Below the pieces are notes generated by a model, which worked only from the letters and a program-made list of their open reading frames with translations, did not search any database and had not been told where the DNA came from. A stretch of DNA of 64,000 nucleotides from Myxococcota bacterium. GTDB taxonomy: Bacteria; Myxococcota_A; UBA796; UBA2385. Positions 9,671-18,993 of the stretch are shown here, one piece after another (positions within the stretch are counted from its first letter, which is position 1; every line of letters begins with the position of its first letter). The stretch is taken from contig JBIJDH010000021.1 of NCBI GenBank assembly GCA_044344255.1, positions 1 to 64,000 of the forward strand. Direction: 5' to 3'. A program made the position numbers and the translations under genes.

Positions 9671-10348
9671 TTACACGGGCCCCACGCCGATCCAGGCCAG
9701 GCCCACCCCGATGGCGACGAGGCCCGATCCACCGAGCATCCGCTGGAGGCCCCGCTCCCCCTGCATCGCCGCGATCCGCCCGAGGCCGAAGCCGAAGGCG
9801 GCCATCGCGCCCACGGCGCCGATGAAGTAGGCGCCGAGCCAGACGATCGCGTCCGCGGGGGCCAGGGCGAGGGAGGGGAGCACCCCGAAGAGGTGGCCCG
9901 TGCCGGCGGCGCCGTGGAGCATGCCCACCCCGAAGGCAGCGTGCCCGTGCCCGGTGTGGGCCTCGGACGCGGCGTGGTCGAGGCCTGGCGGGTGGCTGTG
10001 CAGGTGGTCGTGCCGGTGCGCGTGCTCCTCGTCCGGGCCGTGCCCGTGGGGGTGGCGGTGGAGCCGCACCGCCGCGCGGAGCGACCAGGCGCCCACCCCG
10101 ATCAAGACGAGGCCGACGAGGCGCTCGGAGCCGGCGGAGAGGGCCTCGACGTCGATCACGCCCCGCAGGGTGACCCCGAGGCCACCGAGCAGCACCACCC
10201 CCGCCCCATGCCCGAGGCCCCAGCGAAGGCCTGCGCCCGCGGCGAGCCGAGGGTCCCGCGTGGCCAGCGGCGCCAGGGCGGCGAGGTGGTCGGGACCTGA
10301 GAAGACGTGCAGCAGGCCCGCGGCGAGCCCGCCAAGGAGCGCGAACAC
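9671..10348 (-). CDS. UreH/NiCoT-like nickel/cobalt transporter
   Basis: HVFSGPDHLAAL, WGLGH, His-rich loop HRHPHGH...HAHRHDHLHSH, GMLHGAAG; several TM helices; GTG start inferred. Confidence 0.85.
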   Translation of the reverse strand: MFALLGGLAAGLLHVFSGPDHLAALAPLATRDPRLAAGAGLRWGLGHGAGVVLLGGLGVTLRGVIDVEALSAGSERLVGLVLIGVGAWSLRAAVRLHRHPHGHGPDEEHAHRHDHLHSHPPGLDHAASEAHTGHGHAAFGVGMLHGAAGTGHLFGVLPSLALAPADAIVWLGAYFIGAVGAMAAFGFGLGRIAAMQGERGLQRMLGGSGLVAIGVGLAWIGVGPV

Positions 10349-10455
10349 GGGCACCTCCGGCCGGCCCCTGGTAGCATGGCGGGCCGCCTCCCGACCGCGC
10401 CCAGCCCCTCGGATGTGATGAACGCCGACACCGCCGCCCGCCTCGCCGGGGCGCT
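10091..10455. repeat. Direct repeat copy 1 (transporter 5' half, divergent intergenic region, GNAT start); copy 2 at 16068-16433
   Basis: Aligned by eye; near-identical with scattered substitutions and a net 1-bp indel. Confidence 0.92.
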
Positions 10456-10999
10456 CTCCACCCCCCGCCTGCGGCTGGAGCCGCTCTGCGCGGACCACGC
10501 CGACGCGCTGTTCCCCATCCTGTCCGATGCGCGCACCCATCGGTGGATCCCGCCGCTCCGGTCTGACTCGGTCGCGACCCTGCGGGCGCGCTGGGCCCGG
10601 CTGGAGAGCCGGTACGAGGCCGGTGAGGCCCGCCTCGCCTGGGCGCTGCGCCGCACCTCGGACGGGGCGCTCTTGGGCAAGCTCGACGCCGACGTGGACG
10701 CCGACTGGGTCGCCACCAACGTGGGCTACGTGCTCGCCCCGGCGGTGTGGGGGCAGGGCCTGGCGACGGAGGCGGTGGGTGCGGTGGTGGAGCACCTCGT
10801 CCGATCGGGCGTACGCGAGCTGCGCGCGACCGTCACGGTGGGGAACGTCGCGTCGTGCCGGGTGCTGGAGAAGCATGGCTTCGTCTGCCAGGGGCGCCTC
10901 ATCGGCAGCGAGATCCTGCGCGGGGAGCCGCACGACGACTGGCGCTACGTGCGGGTCGAGCCGAGCAGCGGCGGAGCAGGCCGAGGCCACGGAGGGTGA
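10418..10999 (+). CDS. GNAT acetyltransferase (RimJ/RimL type)
   Basis: TPRLRLEPL, VGYVLAPAVWGQGLATEA, NVASCRVLEKHGF; alternative start 10376. Confidence 0.88.
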   Translation: MNADTAARLAGALSTPRLRLEPLCADHADALFPILSDARTHRWIPPLRSDSVATLRARWARLESRYEAGEARLAWALRRTSDGALLGKLDADVDADWVATNVGYVLAPAVWGQGLATEAVGAVVEHLVRSGVRELRATVTVGNVASCRVLEKHGFVCQGRLIGSEILRGEPHDDWRYVRVEPSSGGAGRGHGG

Positions 11000-11060
11000 A
11001 CCCGACGCGCGGTGGTGCGCCTCCTCAAGCGTGGGGGAGCCTCCCGACGCTGCGGAGGTC

Positions 11061-11349
11061 GCGCGCCTCTCCCGCGGGATCACGCGTCGGACTGCTGGGA
11101 GCGCCTGCAAGATCCTCCTCCCGGCTCCGCCGGGGGGAGGTGTCGCCGCATCGGCGACGGAGGGGGGCGGCGCTCCCGATGAGGCTCGGTGTTGGTGCGC
11201 CTCCTTCCGAGCGTCGATTGCCAGCGGCCGTATTGGCGTTGGGCGCCTCGCATGATCGGTCGGCGTGGGTTCGGCCCCCCTCCGGCGCCACGAAGGCGCC
11301 ACCTCCCCCCGGCAGAGCCGGGAGGAGGAGGTTGAAGGGGGCTCAGAGC
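11061..11349. repeat. REPIN-like element copy 1
   Basis: Arm CCTCCTCCCGGCTCCGCCGGGGGGAGGTGTCGCC... from 11114 pairs with an inverted arm ending near 11328; the unit is repeated 460 bp downstream. Confidence 0.85.
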
Positions 11350-11519
11350 GTGTGTCCCGGCTGGTGGCGCTGATCCCTCCGCCCCGGGCGGGTACGAGCG
11401 TCTACCGCGGGGTACCCGCCGGGAACACATCCTCGCGGGCGGCGGTGGTCGCAGAGGCCCCCGGCAAGGCAAGACCGACGACTCCCCTTTTGCCGCGGGA
11501 CCGGGGCGCGAGCTTTGGC
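11345..11519 (+). mobile_element. IS91/ISCR transposase fragment, duplicate of ~14113-14287
   Basis: Encodes RLVALIPPPRAGTSVYRGV; near-identical to 14113-14287. Confidence 0.7.
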
Positions 11520-11520
11520 C

Positions 11521-11809
11521 GCGCGCCTCTCCCGCGGGATCACGCGTCGGACTGCTGGGAGCGCCCGCAAGATCCTCCTCCCGGCTCCGCCGGGGGGAGG
11601 TGTCGCCGCATCGGCGACGGAGGGGGGCGGCGCTCCCGATGAGGCTCGGTGTTGGTGCGCCTCCTTCCGAGCGTCGATTGCCTGCGACCGTATTGGCGTT
11701 GGGCGCTTCGCATGATCGGTTGGCGTGGGTTCGGCCCCCCTCCGGCGCCACGAAGGCGCCACCTCCCCCCGGCAGAGCCGGGAGGAGGAGGTTGAAGGGG
11801 GCTCAGAGC
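11521..11809. repeat. REPIN-like element copy 2
   Basis: Near-identical to 11061-11349; a partial third arm lies near 11902-11924. Confidence 0.85.
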
Positions 11810-11989
11810 TCAGTCCGATGGCGGAGCACGAAGACGACATGCCTCACAACCGGCTGGGCTCACGCGAGGCCGAACACCTCTCACAGAGAGCCCAACTGCA
11901 TGATCCTCTTCCCGGCTCCGCCGGCTTTCGATTGATACTATCGCCGCCCAGCGAGGCTGGAGTGTTTCTTGGGCCTCCGCCTCCGCCTC

Positions 11990-12045
11990 CCCCTCTCCCT
12001 GTGGGAGAGGGGGCCCCCGAGCGGGGCACTCGGGCGGGTGAGGGT
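11990..12045. repeat. REP-like hairpin CCCCTCTCCCTGTGGGAGAGGGG...GGGTGAGGG
   Basis: Perfect stem-loop of a common REP class; a related hairpin CTCCACTTTCTCCCAGAGGGAGAAGTGGAG lies at 12124-12153. Confidence 0.6.
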
Positions 12046-12349
12046 GATCGGTGATCGATGATAATTATGAAACCAAGGGAACGTTTTCGAGATGCGAAGG
12101 GCCCTCGTCTGGCGCCGATGCGGCTCCACTTTCTCCCAGAGGGAGAAGTGGAGGACTCAGAGTGCCGACCCAACGTGACTTTCGAAGGCGGGCGCTCGTC
12201 GCATTCGCTCCAGGGGAGCGCGGCCTGGCCGGCCCCCGGGGCCGGCCGTCGGAGCGCTGGTGCACAAGTGCGGCGTCTTCATCGTCGCCGCGGGTATCGC
12301 CTCGTCGGGCGATGATGCGGTGGAGCAAGAAGGACCATGACCGTCGGCA

Positions 12350-12636
12350 TGTGGGTCAGCCGTGCCGCTGTTGCTCTGGAGCAGGTTTGCCTTGGTCACC
12401 GCCCCCGGATCTCGCAAGTCCACAGGGTTGTTCACAGGGAGGTCTACAGGCGCGGCCGCCCTCTGCCAGGTCAGCCGCCCGACGAGCTGCTCGATCACCG
12501 AGAATGTGGACCTCGGTTGAGTCCCCCCATAGGGGGGCCTCGCCCCGGATGTCGATGGGGGGCCACCGATCGACGGCCTCCCCGGGTTGTCCATAGGAGG
12601 TCGCCCACAGGAGGTCACCCACAAGATGTGGGGGGT
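12350..12636. promoter_or_regulatory. Cluster of degenerate DnaA-box-like 9-mers
   Basis: AAGTCCACA 12416, TTGTTCACA 12428, AGGTCTACA 12440; TTGTCCATA 12587, TCGCCCACA 12601, TCACCCACA 12615; reverse copies at 12350 and 12505. Confidence 0.4.
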
Positions 12637-13200
12637 CTCGCCCCCCGGGGGCCCTACCGCTTGTGATCTTGTGACTTCCCGCTTGCCCAGCCCGAGGGGA
12701 CTCGGTAGTACCTATGCAACTCCGGCAGCGAATCCCAGTGACTGGTGACACGCGCACAGCCATCTGCTGCGGACGGACGCCTGTCCTGGTGCCCAGCATG
12801 TCCGGTATGACCCTCTTCTCCTTCCTACCCCTTTTCTCATCACCCTCTCCAAACCCTCTCCACCAGGTGCAGCATGCCCTGTCATTCTGAGTCTTTCGAG
12901 TCGGCTCTCTCCCGTTCTTCGGGGCCGCAGCCCGAAGGTCACCGAGCCCCGCCGCACTCGGTTGCAGTGGAGATCGGCACATCGTATCGCCGATGGCTGC
13001 ACAGCGGTGAGGAGGACGATCCCATCCTCTCGCTGATGGTCGAGTTTCGCCTCGGCCGCCGAGAAGTCGACCGCTGTCTGCATTGGTTTCTGGAACAGGA
13101 GGTCGGCCCCCGCTGGTAGATGTACCACTCAACGAGTCGGGGATGCGGCAGATGGGCCCCGCCGGCGGCCGACCGCACAGCGCCGGGGTAGGAGGCCCCA

Positions 13201-13642
13201 ATCAGCAGCACCCTCTGGATCGCAGGCGCCACGGGCTACGTCGGGCGCAACCTCGTGGATCAGGCGACCGCCGCGGGGCACCTCGTGATCGCCCCTGTGC
13301 AGCCCGCCTCGTCGGCGGGCCTCCGGTCTCCCGGGGGCGCTTCGCCGCCTCCGGGGCACGGTCCAGGAGCTCCCGTGGACAGAGGCGCCCTGGAGGGCGG
13401 CCTGGGCGGTCGATCCACCCGACCTCGTCTTCAGCCTCCTCGGCACCACCCGCGCCCAGTCGAAGGTGACGGCGAGGGCCGGCGGGGAGGAGAGCTACGC
13501 GACCGTCGATCGACACCTCACGCTGCTGCTCATCCGCGTGGCGTCGGCCCCCGCCGCGTCGGCCCCGGCTCGTCTACCTCTCCTCCATGGGGGCGGACTG
13601 CCCAGGCAGCAACGCCTGCCGGCGGGCCCGGACCGCGAGGAG
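13201..13642 (+). pseudogene. NAD(P)-binding (atypical SDR/epimerase-like) pseudogene
   Basis: GGAGG then ATC in place of ATG at 13201; LWIAGATGYVG Rossmann motif; DLVFSLLGTTRA and VYLSSMGAD lie in different frames; truncated by the transposase remnant. Confidence 0.75.
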
Positions 13643-14290
13643 GAGCGGCTTCGGGTCCTCTCTTCGCCTGAACCCCTACTTCCACCTGCTGTTCGTGGAT
13701 GGGGGCTATGTGCGTGGATGGAGGGCGGTGTCCGGTTTCGGCCAGCACGAGCTCACGACGAGGGGATGCGCCTCTTCCAGGCCGCCGCTGTGGCAGGGTA
13801 CTCCGTGGTGAGAGGGGCGCCGACGAGGGTGGCGCGCCGGGTTCAGCGCATCGGGGGGAGGGAGCGGGAGCACTCGCCGCTCTGCGCCTCCTGCGACGGC
13901 TGGAACCTTCACGCCGGGGTCGTGGTGGAGGTGGAGGATCCGGAAGGACTGCTGCGGCTCGGGCGCGCCCTGCTCGGCACGGTCGGTAGGACCCCCGCTG
14001 GCCGTAAACCGCTTGGAGGGGGAGCCGGATGGGCGGGTTCGTTTCACGATGAAGCGGCCCGGGTCTCGCGGACTTTCGAGGATGGAACGGCGGCCCTCTC
14101 ACCCACCGCGGACGAGCGTGTGTCCCGGCTGATGGCGCTGATCCCTCCGCCCCGGGCGGGTAGGGTCGTCTACCGCGGGGTACCCACCGGGAACGCGTCC
14201 TCGCGGGCGCCGGTGGTCGCAGAGGCCCCCGGCAAGGCAAGACCGACGACTCCCCTTTTGCCGCGGGACCGGGGCGCGAGCTTTGGCGGG
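13643..14290 (+). mobile_element. Degenerate IS91/ISCR-family HUH (Y2) transposase remnant
   Basis: GFGSSLRLNPYFHLLFVDGGY (cf. FGSALNLNVHFHMLFLDGVY), GWNLHAGVVV (cf. GFSLHAGV), RLMALIPPPR..VYRGV; frameshifted, with the HUH and Tyr motifs damaged. Confidence 0.8.
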
Positions 14291-14396
14291 GCACCTGAGA
14301 TCGGGGCTACAGAAGCCCTCTCGGGACCGCACCCCGGCGGGCGAGGGTGTCGGGGACTTGTGGTAGGCTGAGCGCCGTGACCGCTCCCCGCCGTTC

Positions 14397-14660
14397 ATGC
14401 GCCCTGTTCCCCCAGAAGGTGTGGTGTGGGTGGGCGGCAAGGGCCTCCACGGATTCAACCGAGAGAACGGGCGCTTCGTGGGCGACGACAGCGGTGCCAC
14501 CGGGCTCAGCGGCACGATCGAGAACCTCGCCGGTGAGATGAGCGCGGCTGAGGCCGCGAGCATCGGGGAGACGATCTCCGAGAACCCATGGATCTCCGCC
14601 TCCGTCATGGCGGAATTCCACAAGAAGCTCCCTGAGAAACCTCCAACCGACGTTCGATGA
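14397..14660 (+). CDS. Short hypothetical ORF or gene fragment
   Basis: Protein-like composition and plausible codon usage; no recognisable motif. Confidence 0.35.
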   Translation: MRPVPPEGVVWVGGKGLHGFNRENGRFVGDDSGATGLSGTIENLAGEMSAAEAASIGETISENPWISASVMAEFHKKLPEKPPTDVR

Positions 14661-14725
14661 GGGAGAATCCGATGGCTGATCCTCAAGACCTGGAGAAACC
14701 TCTGCGTGTCTGCCGAGGACACGCG

Positions 14726-15961
14726 ATGACCACCCTGCGGCCCACTCGAATCCCTCACTTCTCGGTGATCCTGGCCGTCCATCTCGCCCTTTCCTGTCGT
14801 ACCCAGGTGTCCGACCCCGCCAAACATCCCGACGACACCGGCACGGTGACCGACACGTCCACGCCCCCTCCAATTGTGTCAGATCTGCCCATTCTGCCCG
14901 CGGGCAACCATCTCGGCGTCTGGCCTACCTATGAAGCTCCTCCGGAAGTGACCGCAGCGGCTCTCGAAGACCACTGGCAACGATCACTTTCATCGGGCAT
15001 GCGAATCGCCCGTGTCCACGTCGGCTGGGACCAGATCGAGCTCGCGCCCGGCCGCTTCGACACAAGCCAGCTCGTCGAGGATCTCCGCGCAGCCACGGCG
15101 GACGGGCTGGCGGTCCATCTGCTCATCGAGACGGTGGACAGCGACGGTCTCTCCCTTCCCTCCGACCTCGTCGTCGAGGGCGAGCCCTATGGCCTCGTCG
15201 ACGGCCGCCGCCTCGACGATCCCCTTATCGTCGACCGTTTCGCCGCGCTGCTCGACGCCGTCTTGCCCATCCTCGATCGCCACGATGTCTTCGCCATCAG
15301 CGTCGCCAACGAGCCGGACTGCTACCTGGACGACGTCGCTCCCGACTCGGCGGAGGGCCTCGCCTGGGTCGAGTCCCTTGCCGGTTTTCTTGCTTCGGCC
15401 CGGGAGCGGGTGCAGGAGTCCCACCCCGAGATCGGTGTCGCGATGACGCTACGCCAAGGTTCGCTGGAGAAGGGCATCGACACCCTTGGTCCCGTCATCG
15501 AGGCCGGAGACGTGGCGGTCTTCAACTACTATTGCCAGGATCTGTCGTTCCAGGTCCAGCCGGCCAGCGTCGTCTCCGACGAGCTGGAGGAGCTCGTCTC
15601 CGCCAGCTCCGGACGCCCGATCGTGCTCCAGGAGATGGGCTGCCCGGCAGGGGCCATCCCCTCGACCATCGGCGCCACCGAGGCCCAGCAAGCCGACTTC
15701 TACGCCGAGGTCGGGCGGTGGATGGCCTCCCGCGAGGAGATCCGCGCGGCCTTCGCCTTCCAGATGGTGGACTGGTCGCCGGAGCTCTCCGCGGCCTATG
15801 CCGAGGCCTATGCCGAGGCCGGATACCCGGAGCTGGGCGCGCAGATCGCCGAGATCCTCGGTACCATCGGCCTGCTGCGCTACAGCGACGGATCGGAGAG
15901 ACCTGCCTGGGACGCCTTTGAGACCGCGCTGTCCCAGGTCGAGGTGGACTCTCCACCGTGA
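14726..15961 (+). CDS. Clan GH-A glycoside-hydrolase-like lipoprotein
   Basis: Lipobox LALSC; WDQIELAPGRFD; acid/base ANEP; FNYY; nucleophile LQEMG. Confidence 0.8.
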   Translation: MTTLRPTRIPHFSVILAVHLALSCRTQVSDPAKHPDDTGTVTDTSTPPPIVSDLPILPAGNHLGVWPTYEAPPEVTAAALEDHWQRSLSSGMRIARVHVGWDQIELAPGRFDTSQLVEDLRAATADGLAVHLLIETVDSDGLSLPSDLVVEGEPYGLVDGRRLDDPLIVDRFAALLDAVLPILDRHDVFAISVANEPDCYLDDVAPDSAEGLAWVESLAGFLASARERVQESHPEIGVAMTLRQGSLEKGIDTLGPVIEAGDVAVFNYYCQDLSFQVQPASVVSDELEELVSASSGRPIVLQEMGCPAGAIPSTIGATEAQQADFYAEVGRWMASREEIRAAFAFQMVDWSPELSAAYAEAYAEAGYPELGAQIAEILGTIGLLRYSDGSERPAWDAFETALSQVEVDSPP

Positions 15962-16067
15962 GGTGATCGGTGGGGAACAGGGGGAGCTGCTCGGAGTCTG
16001 CGTCCCAGCCGAGGTCGTCGCTCGACACGCGGACGGGGAAGGTGCGGCGCATCGGTGGCGGAGTGTT

Positions 16068-16433
16068 GCCCACCCCGATCAAGAGGAGGCCGACGAGGCG
16101 CTCGGAGCCGGCGGAGAGGGCCTCGACGTCGATCACGCCCCGCGGGGCGACCCCGAGGCCACCGAGCAGCACCACCCCCGCCCCATGCCCGAGGCCCCAG
16201 CGAAGGCCTGCTCCCGCGGCGAGCCGAGGGTCCCGCGTGGCCAGCGGCGCCAGGGCGGCGAGGTGGTCGGGACCTGAGGAGACGTGCAGCAGGCCCGCGG
16301 CGAGCCCGCCAAGGAGCGCGAACACGGGCACCTCCGGGCCGGACCCGGGCAGCATGGCGGGGCGCCTCCCGACCGCGCCCAGCCCCTCGGATGTGATGAA
16401 CGCCGACACCGCCGCCCGCCTCGCCGGGGCGCT
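16068..16433. pseudogene. Direct repeat copy 2: truncated nickel transporter 5' end and GNAT start
   Basis: Copy of 10091-10455; both reading frames run into unrelated sequence. Confidence 0.9.
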
Positions 16434-16457
16434 GCGCCCGCGGCGCGATCCAGACGA

Positions 16458-17000
16458 TCAGCGGACCCGGAAGTCCACTCCGCACTGCTTGCCAGCCGCC
16501 GTCATCTGAATCGTGTAGGCGGAGCCGAGCCACTGGTCAACCCGGGCCGTCGGCGCGTCGGTCGTGGTCGAGGGCTGGCCGTACGCGGCCACGAGCTCCT
16601 CCCGGCGGCGGTCGCAGCTCCCGGCCGCTCCGAGGAGGTTGATCTCCCGGATCTTGTCGCCCTCGACGGAGACGACGCCGCGGACGCGCTCCCCCTGATG
16701 GGTCATCCCGGTCGAGCCCCCGATCATGTACGACCCTGGCATCGACACCGCGGCCTCGATCGGCCACGAGGCCGCGACCTCCGTGGCCACCGCGCCGACG
16801 ACAAAGGGCGTGGCCGGCGGCGTGACGCGCGGAGGAAGCCAGCCCTGCGGCGGGCCAGGAGCCGCGTCGACCGCCGGGTTCGGGTTCGGACCGGGCGCGC
16901 TCGGCGCTGGCGGGGGCGCAGCGGTCGAGACCGGCTCAGCCGGCGGCGCGACAGGAGGGAGCGGCGCCTCAGCACACGCGAACAGCAACCACCACCCCAT
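16458..17000 (-). CDS. Hypothetical Pro-rich lipoprotein
   Basis: MGWWLLFAC lipobox-like start, Pro/Ala linker, small globular domain. Confidence 0.7.
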   Translation of the reverse strand: MGWWLLFACAEAPLPPVAPPAEPVSTAAPPPAPSAPGPNPNPAVDAAPGPPQGWLPPRVTPPATPFVVGAVATEVAASWPIEAAVSMPGSYMIGGSTGMTHQGERVRGVVSVEGDKIREINLLGAAGSCDRRREELVAAYGQPSTTTDAPTARVDQWLGSAYTIQMTAAGKQCGVDFRVR

Positions 17001-17117
17001 GCCCGGCTCCGGGGCGCAGCTTGTGGAACGCGCCCGCGGAGAGCCTATCATCAGGCGGAGCGACGCCATGGCGGTCACTCCCGCGCCGCCGCGAGACCGT
17101 GCTGTTCGGGGCTCCGA

Positions 17118-18044
17118 ATGGCCAACCGACTCCAGCCTCAGCCCGACAACGCCCCCGGTGCCTGGTTCGTAGACCGGAGCTGCGTCGACTGCGGCGTCTG
17201 CCGCTGGGTCGCCCCCTCCACCTTCGGGGGTGCGGAGGACCACGCCTTTGTCTCCGAGCAGCCAATGGAGGGCGCCACCGCGGTGGTCGCCGCCGCCGGG
17301 AGGGCGGCCATCGCCTGTCCGGTGGGCAGCATTGGCGGTCCGGCAGAGGCCCTGCGGGAGGCGACCGAGGCCTTTCCTTATCCGCTCCTCTCCGATGGGC
17401 TCGCCGAGGTCTATTTCTGTGGTTGGGCCAGTCGGGAGACCTACGGCGCCACCGCCTGGCTCCTCCGCCACCCCGCCGGGAACGTCCTCATCGACGTGCC
17501 GCGCGCGAACGCCAGGCTCTTTGATCGAATCGAGGCCTTGGGCGGCGTGCGCTGGCTGCTCCTCACCCACCGGGACGACGTCGCCGGCCACCGGCTGATC
17601 CGAGCGCGCTTCGGCGCCGAGCGCGTCCTCCACCGGGACGACCTCGAGCCCGACACGGCGGATGTCGAGCACATCGTGGAGGGAGAGGAGCGGCTCGCCG
17701 CAGACCTCCTCATCCTCCCCCTCCCCGGTCATACGCGGGGCTCGGTCGGCCTGCTCTATGGAGACCGGGTGCTCTTCTCCGGCGACCACCTCTGGGGAGC
17801 CGGGCCCCTCGGCTGGCACGCCGAGGGCCGCGCGCCCCTGCTGCCGCACCCCTTTGGCGCGGGGCGCTCGGTCTGCTGGTGGTCCTGGCCTCGGCAGATC
17901 GAGTCGATGGAGCGGCTCCTCCAGCACCCTTTCCACCACGTCTTGCCGGCGCACGGCCGCCCCTGGCACGGGGGAGAGGCCGCGCGCCGCCCGGCCCTCG
18001 AGGCCCTCATCGCCTGGATGAAGACCGCGCCCACCGCGGGCTGA
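17118..18044 (+). CDS. Ferredoxin-fused metallo-beta-lactamase-fold hydrolase
   Basis: CVDCGVC...CPVGSI Fe-S domain; THRDDVAGH, PGHTRGS, FSGDH, LPAHG. Confidence 0.9.
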   Translation: MANRLQPQPDNAPGAWFVDRSCVDCGVCRWVAPSTFGGAEDHAFVSEQPMEGATAVVAAAGRAAIACPVGSIGGPAEALREATEAFPYPLLSDGLAEVYFCGWASRETYGATAWLLRHPAGNVLIDVPRANARLFDRIEALGGVRWLLLTHRDDVAGHRLIRARFGAERVLHRDDLEPDTADVEHIVEGEERLAADLLILPLPGHTRGSVGLLYGDRVLFSGDHLWGAGPLGWHAEGRAPLLPHPFGAGRSVCWWSWPRQIESMERLLQHPFHHVLPAHGRPWHGGEAARRPALEALIAWMKTAPTAG

Positions 18045-18132
18045 GCCGGACCGGGCGCGTCCGCTGGTGGCCATGGCCCGCGCCGCTTAGTTTGGCCTCG
18101 CCAGCCCCCGGCCCTCGATGAGGAGGAAGATC

Positions 18133-18516
18133 ATGGCCAAGCTCGTGGTGATGGGCGCCCCCATCCAGTGCTCCTTCGGGGTCGCGCCCTCGGCGCTGGT
18201 GGCGGCGGCGCCGCACACGGTCACCTACCTGCCGATCGCGACGGTCAACGACAACGTCCCCATCACCAACATCCCGCCCTTCAGCATGTGCACCTCGATG
18301 TCGAACCCCACAGTCTCGGCGGCCACCAGCGCCGCGCTCGGCGTGCTCACGCCGATGCCCTGTGTGCCGGCCACCTCCTCTCCTTGGTCGCCGGGCGCCG
18401 TGAAGACCAAGGTGGGGAAGAAGGCGGCGCTCACCGACGCCTGCAAGCTCAACTGCAGCTACGGCGGCGTGATCTCGATCAACAGCGCCGGCCAGACCAA
18501 GGTCGACGTGAGCTGA
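18133..18516 (+). CDS. DUF4280 (PAAR-like) protein
   Basis: GAPIQCSFG, NIPPFSMC, TPMPCVP, CSYGGVISI; AGGAGG RBS upstream. Confidence 0.9.
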   Translation: MAKLVVMGAPIQCSFGVAPSALVAAAPHTVTYLPIATVNDNVPITNIPPFSMCTSMSNPTVSAATSAALGVLTPMPCVPATSSPWSPGAVKTKVGKKAALTDACKLNCSYGGVISINSAGQTKVDVS

Positions 18517-18525
18517 GGCCGTCGC

Positions 18526-18993
18526 TCAGCCGAAGGGCGCCTGCTTCGTCACCATCACGTAGACCGTCACCACCGTGGCCGTGAAGGAGGGTACGCCGAG
18601 CAAGGCCCAGGCGCGCTGGGCGGAGCGCCAGGCCTCGGGCAGCGGGGCGCCGGCGCGATCGGCCTCGGTGGACAGGCGGCGCATGCGGAGCTGGAGCGCG
18701 GCCGCGGGCAGCCAGGTGAGGCCGGCCACCGTGTAGCCGCCCATCGCCCAGAGCAGCCAGGGGGTGTCGAAGGGGAGCTGGTAGAGGTGAGCCAGATAGA
18801 GCCCCGTCACCGGCATCAGCAGGCCGGCGGGCACGGTGAAGACCCAGTCAGCCAGCACCACCTCGCGGTCTGCCCAGGCGATGACCCGCACGTCGCCGCT
18901 CATCCAGGAGCGCAGCTTGTACCAGGCGCTGCCGAGCCCCGTGCCGAGGAAGAGCGTGGCCCCGAGGATGTGCAGCGCCTTCACGAGGAGCAT
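18526..18993 (-). CDS. DUF2269-family membrane protein
   Basis: KALHILGATLFLGTGLG, ADWVFT, WLP, MVTK. Confidence 0.85.
   Translation of the reverse strand: MLLVKALHILGATLFLGTGLGSAWYKLRSWMSGDVRVIAWADREVVLADWVFTVPAGLLMPVTGLYLAHLYQLPFDTPWLLWAMGGYTVAGLTWLPAAALQLRMRRLSTEADRAGAPLPEAWRSAQRAWALLGVPSFTATVVTVYVMVTKQAPFG

Noticed and set aside
11061..11809. Possible CRISPR array
   Set aside because: Only two 289-bp units; no short repeat-spacer periodicity and no cas genes.
12805..12835. CTTCCTACCC as an ISCR oriIS end
   Set aside because: Too weak a match, and on the wrong side of the transposase remnant.
12712..13128. Small ORFs on both strands
   Set aside because: No motif or convincing codon bias; may be gene debris.
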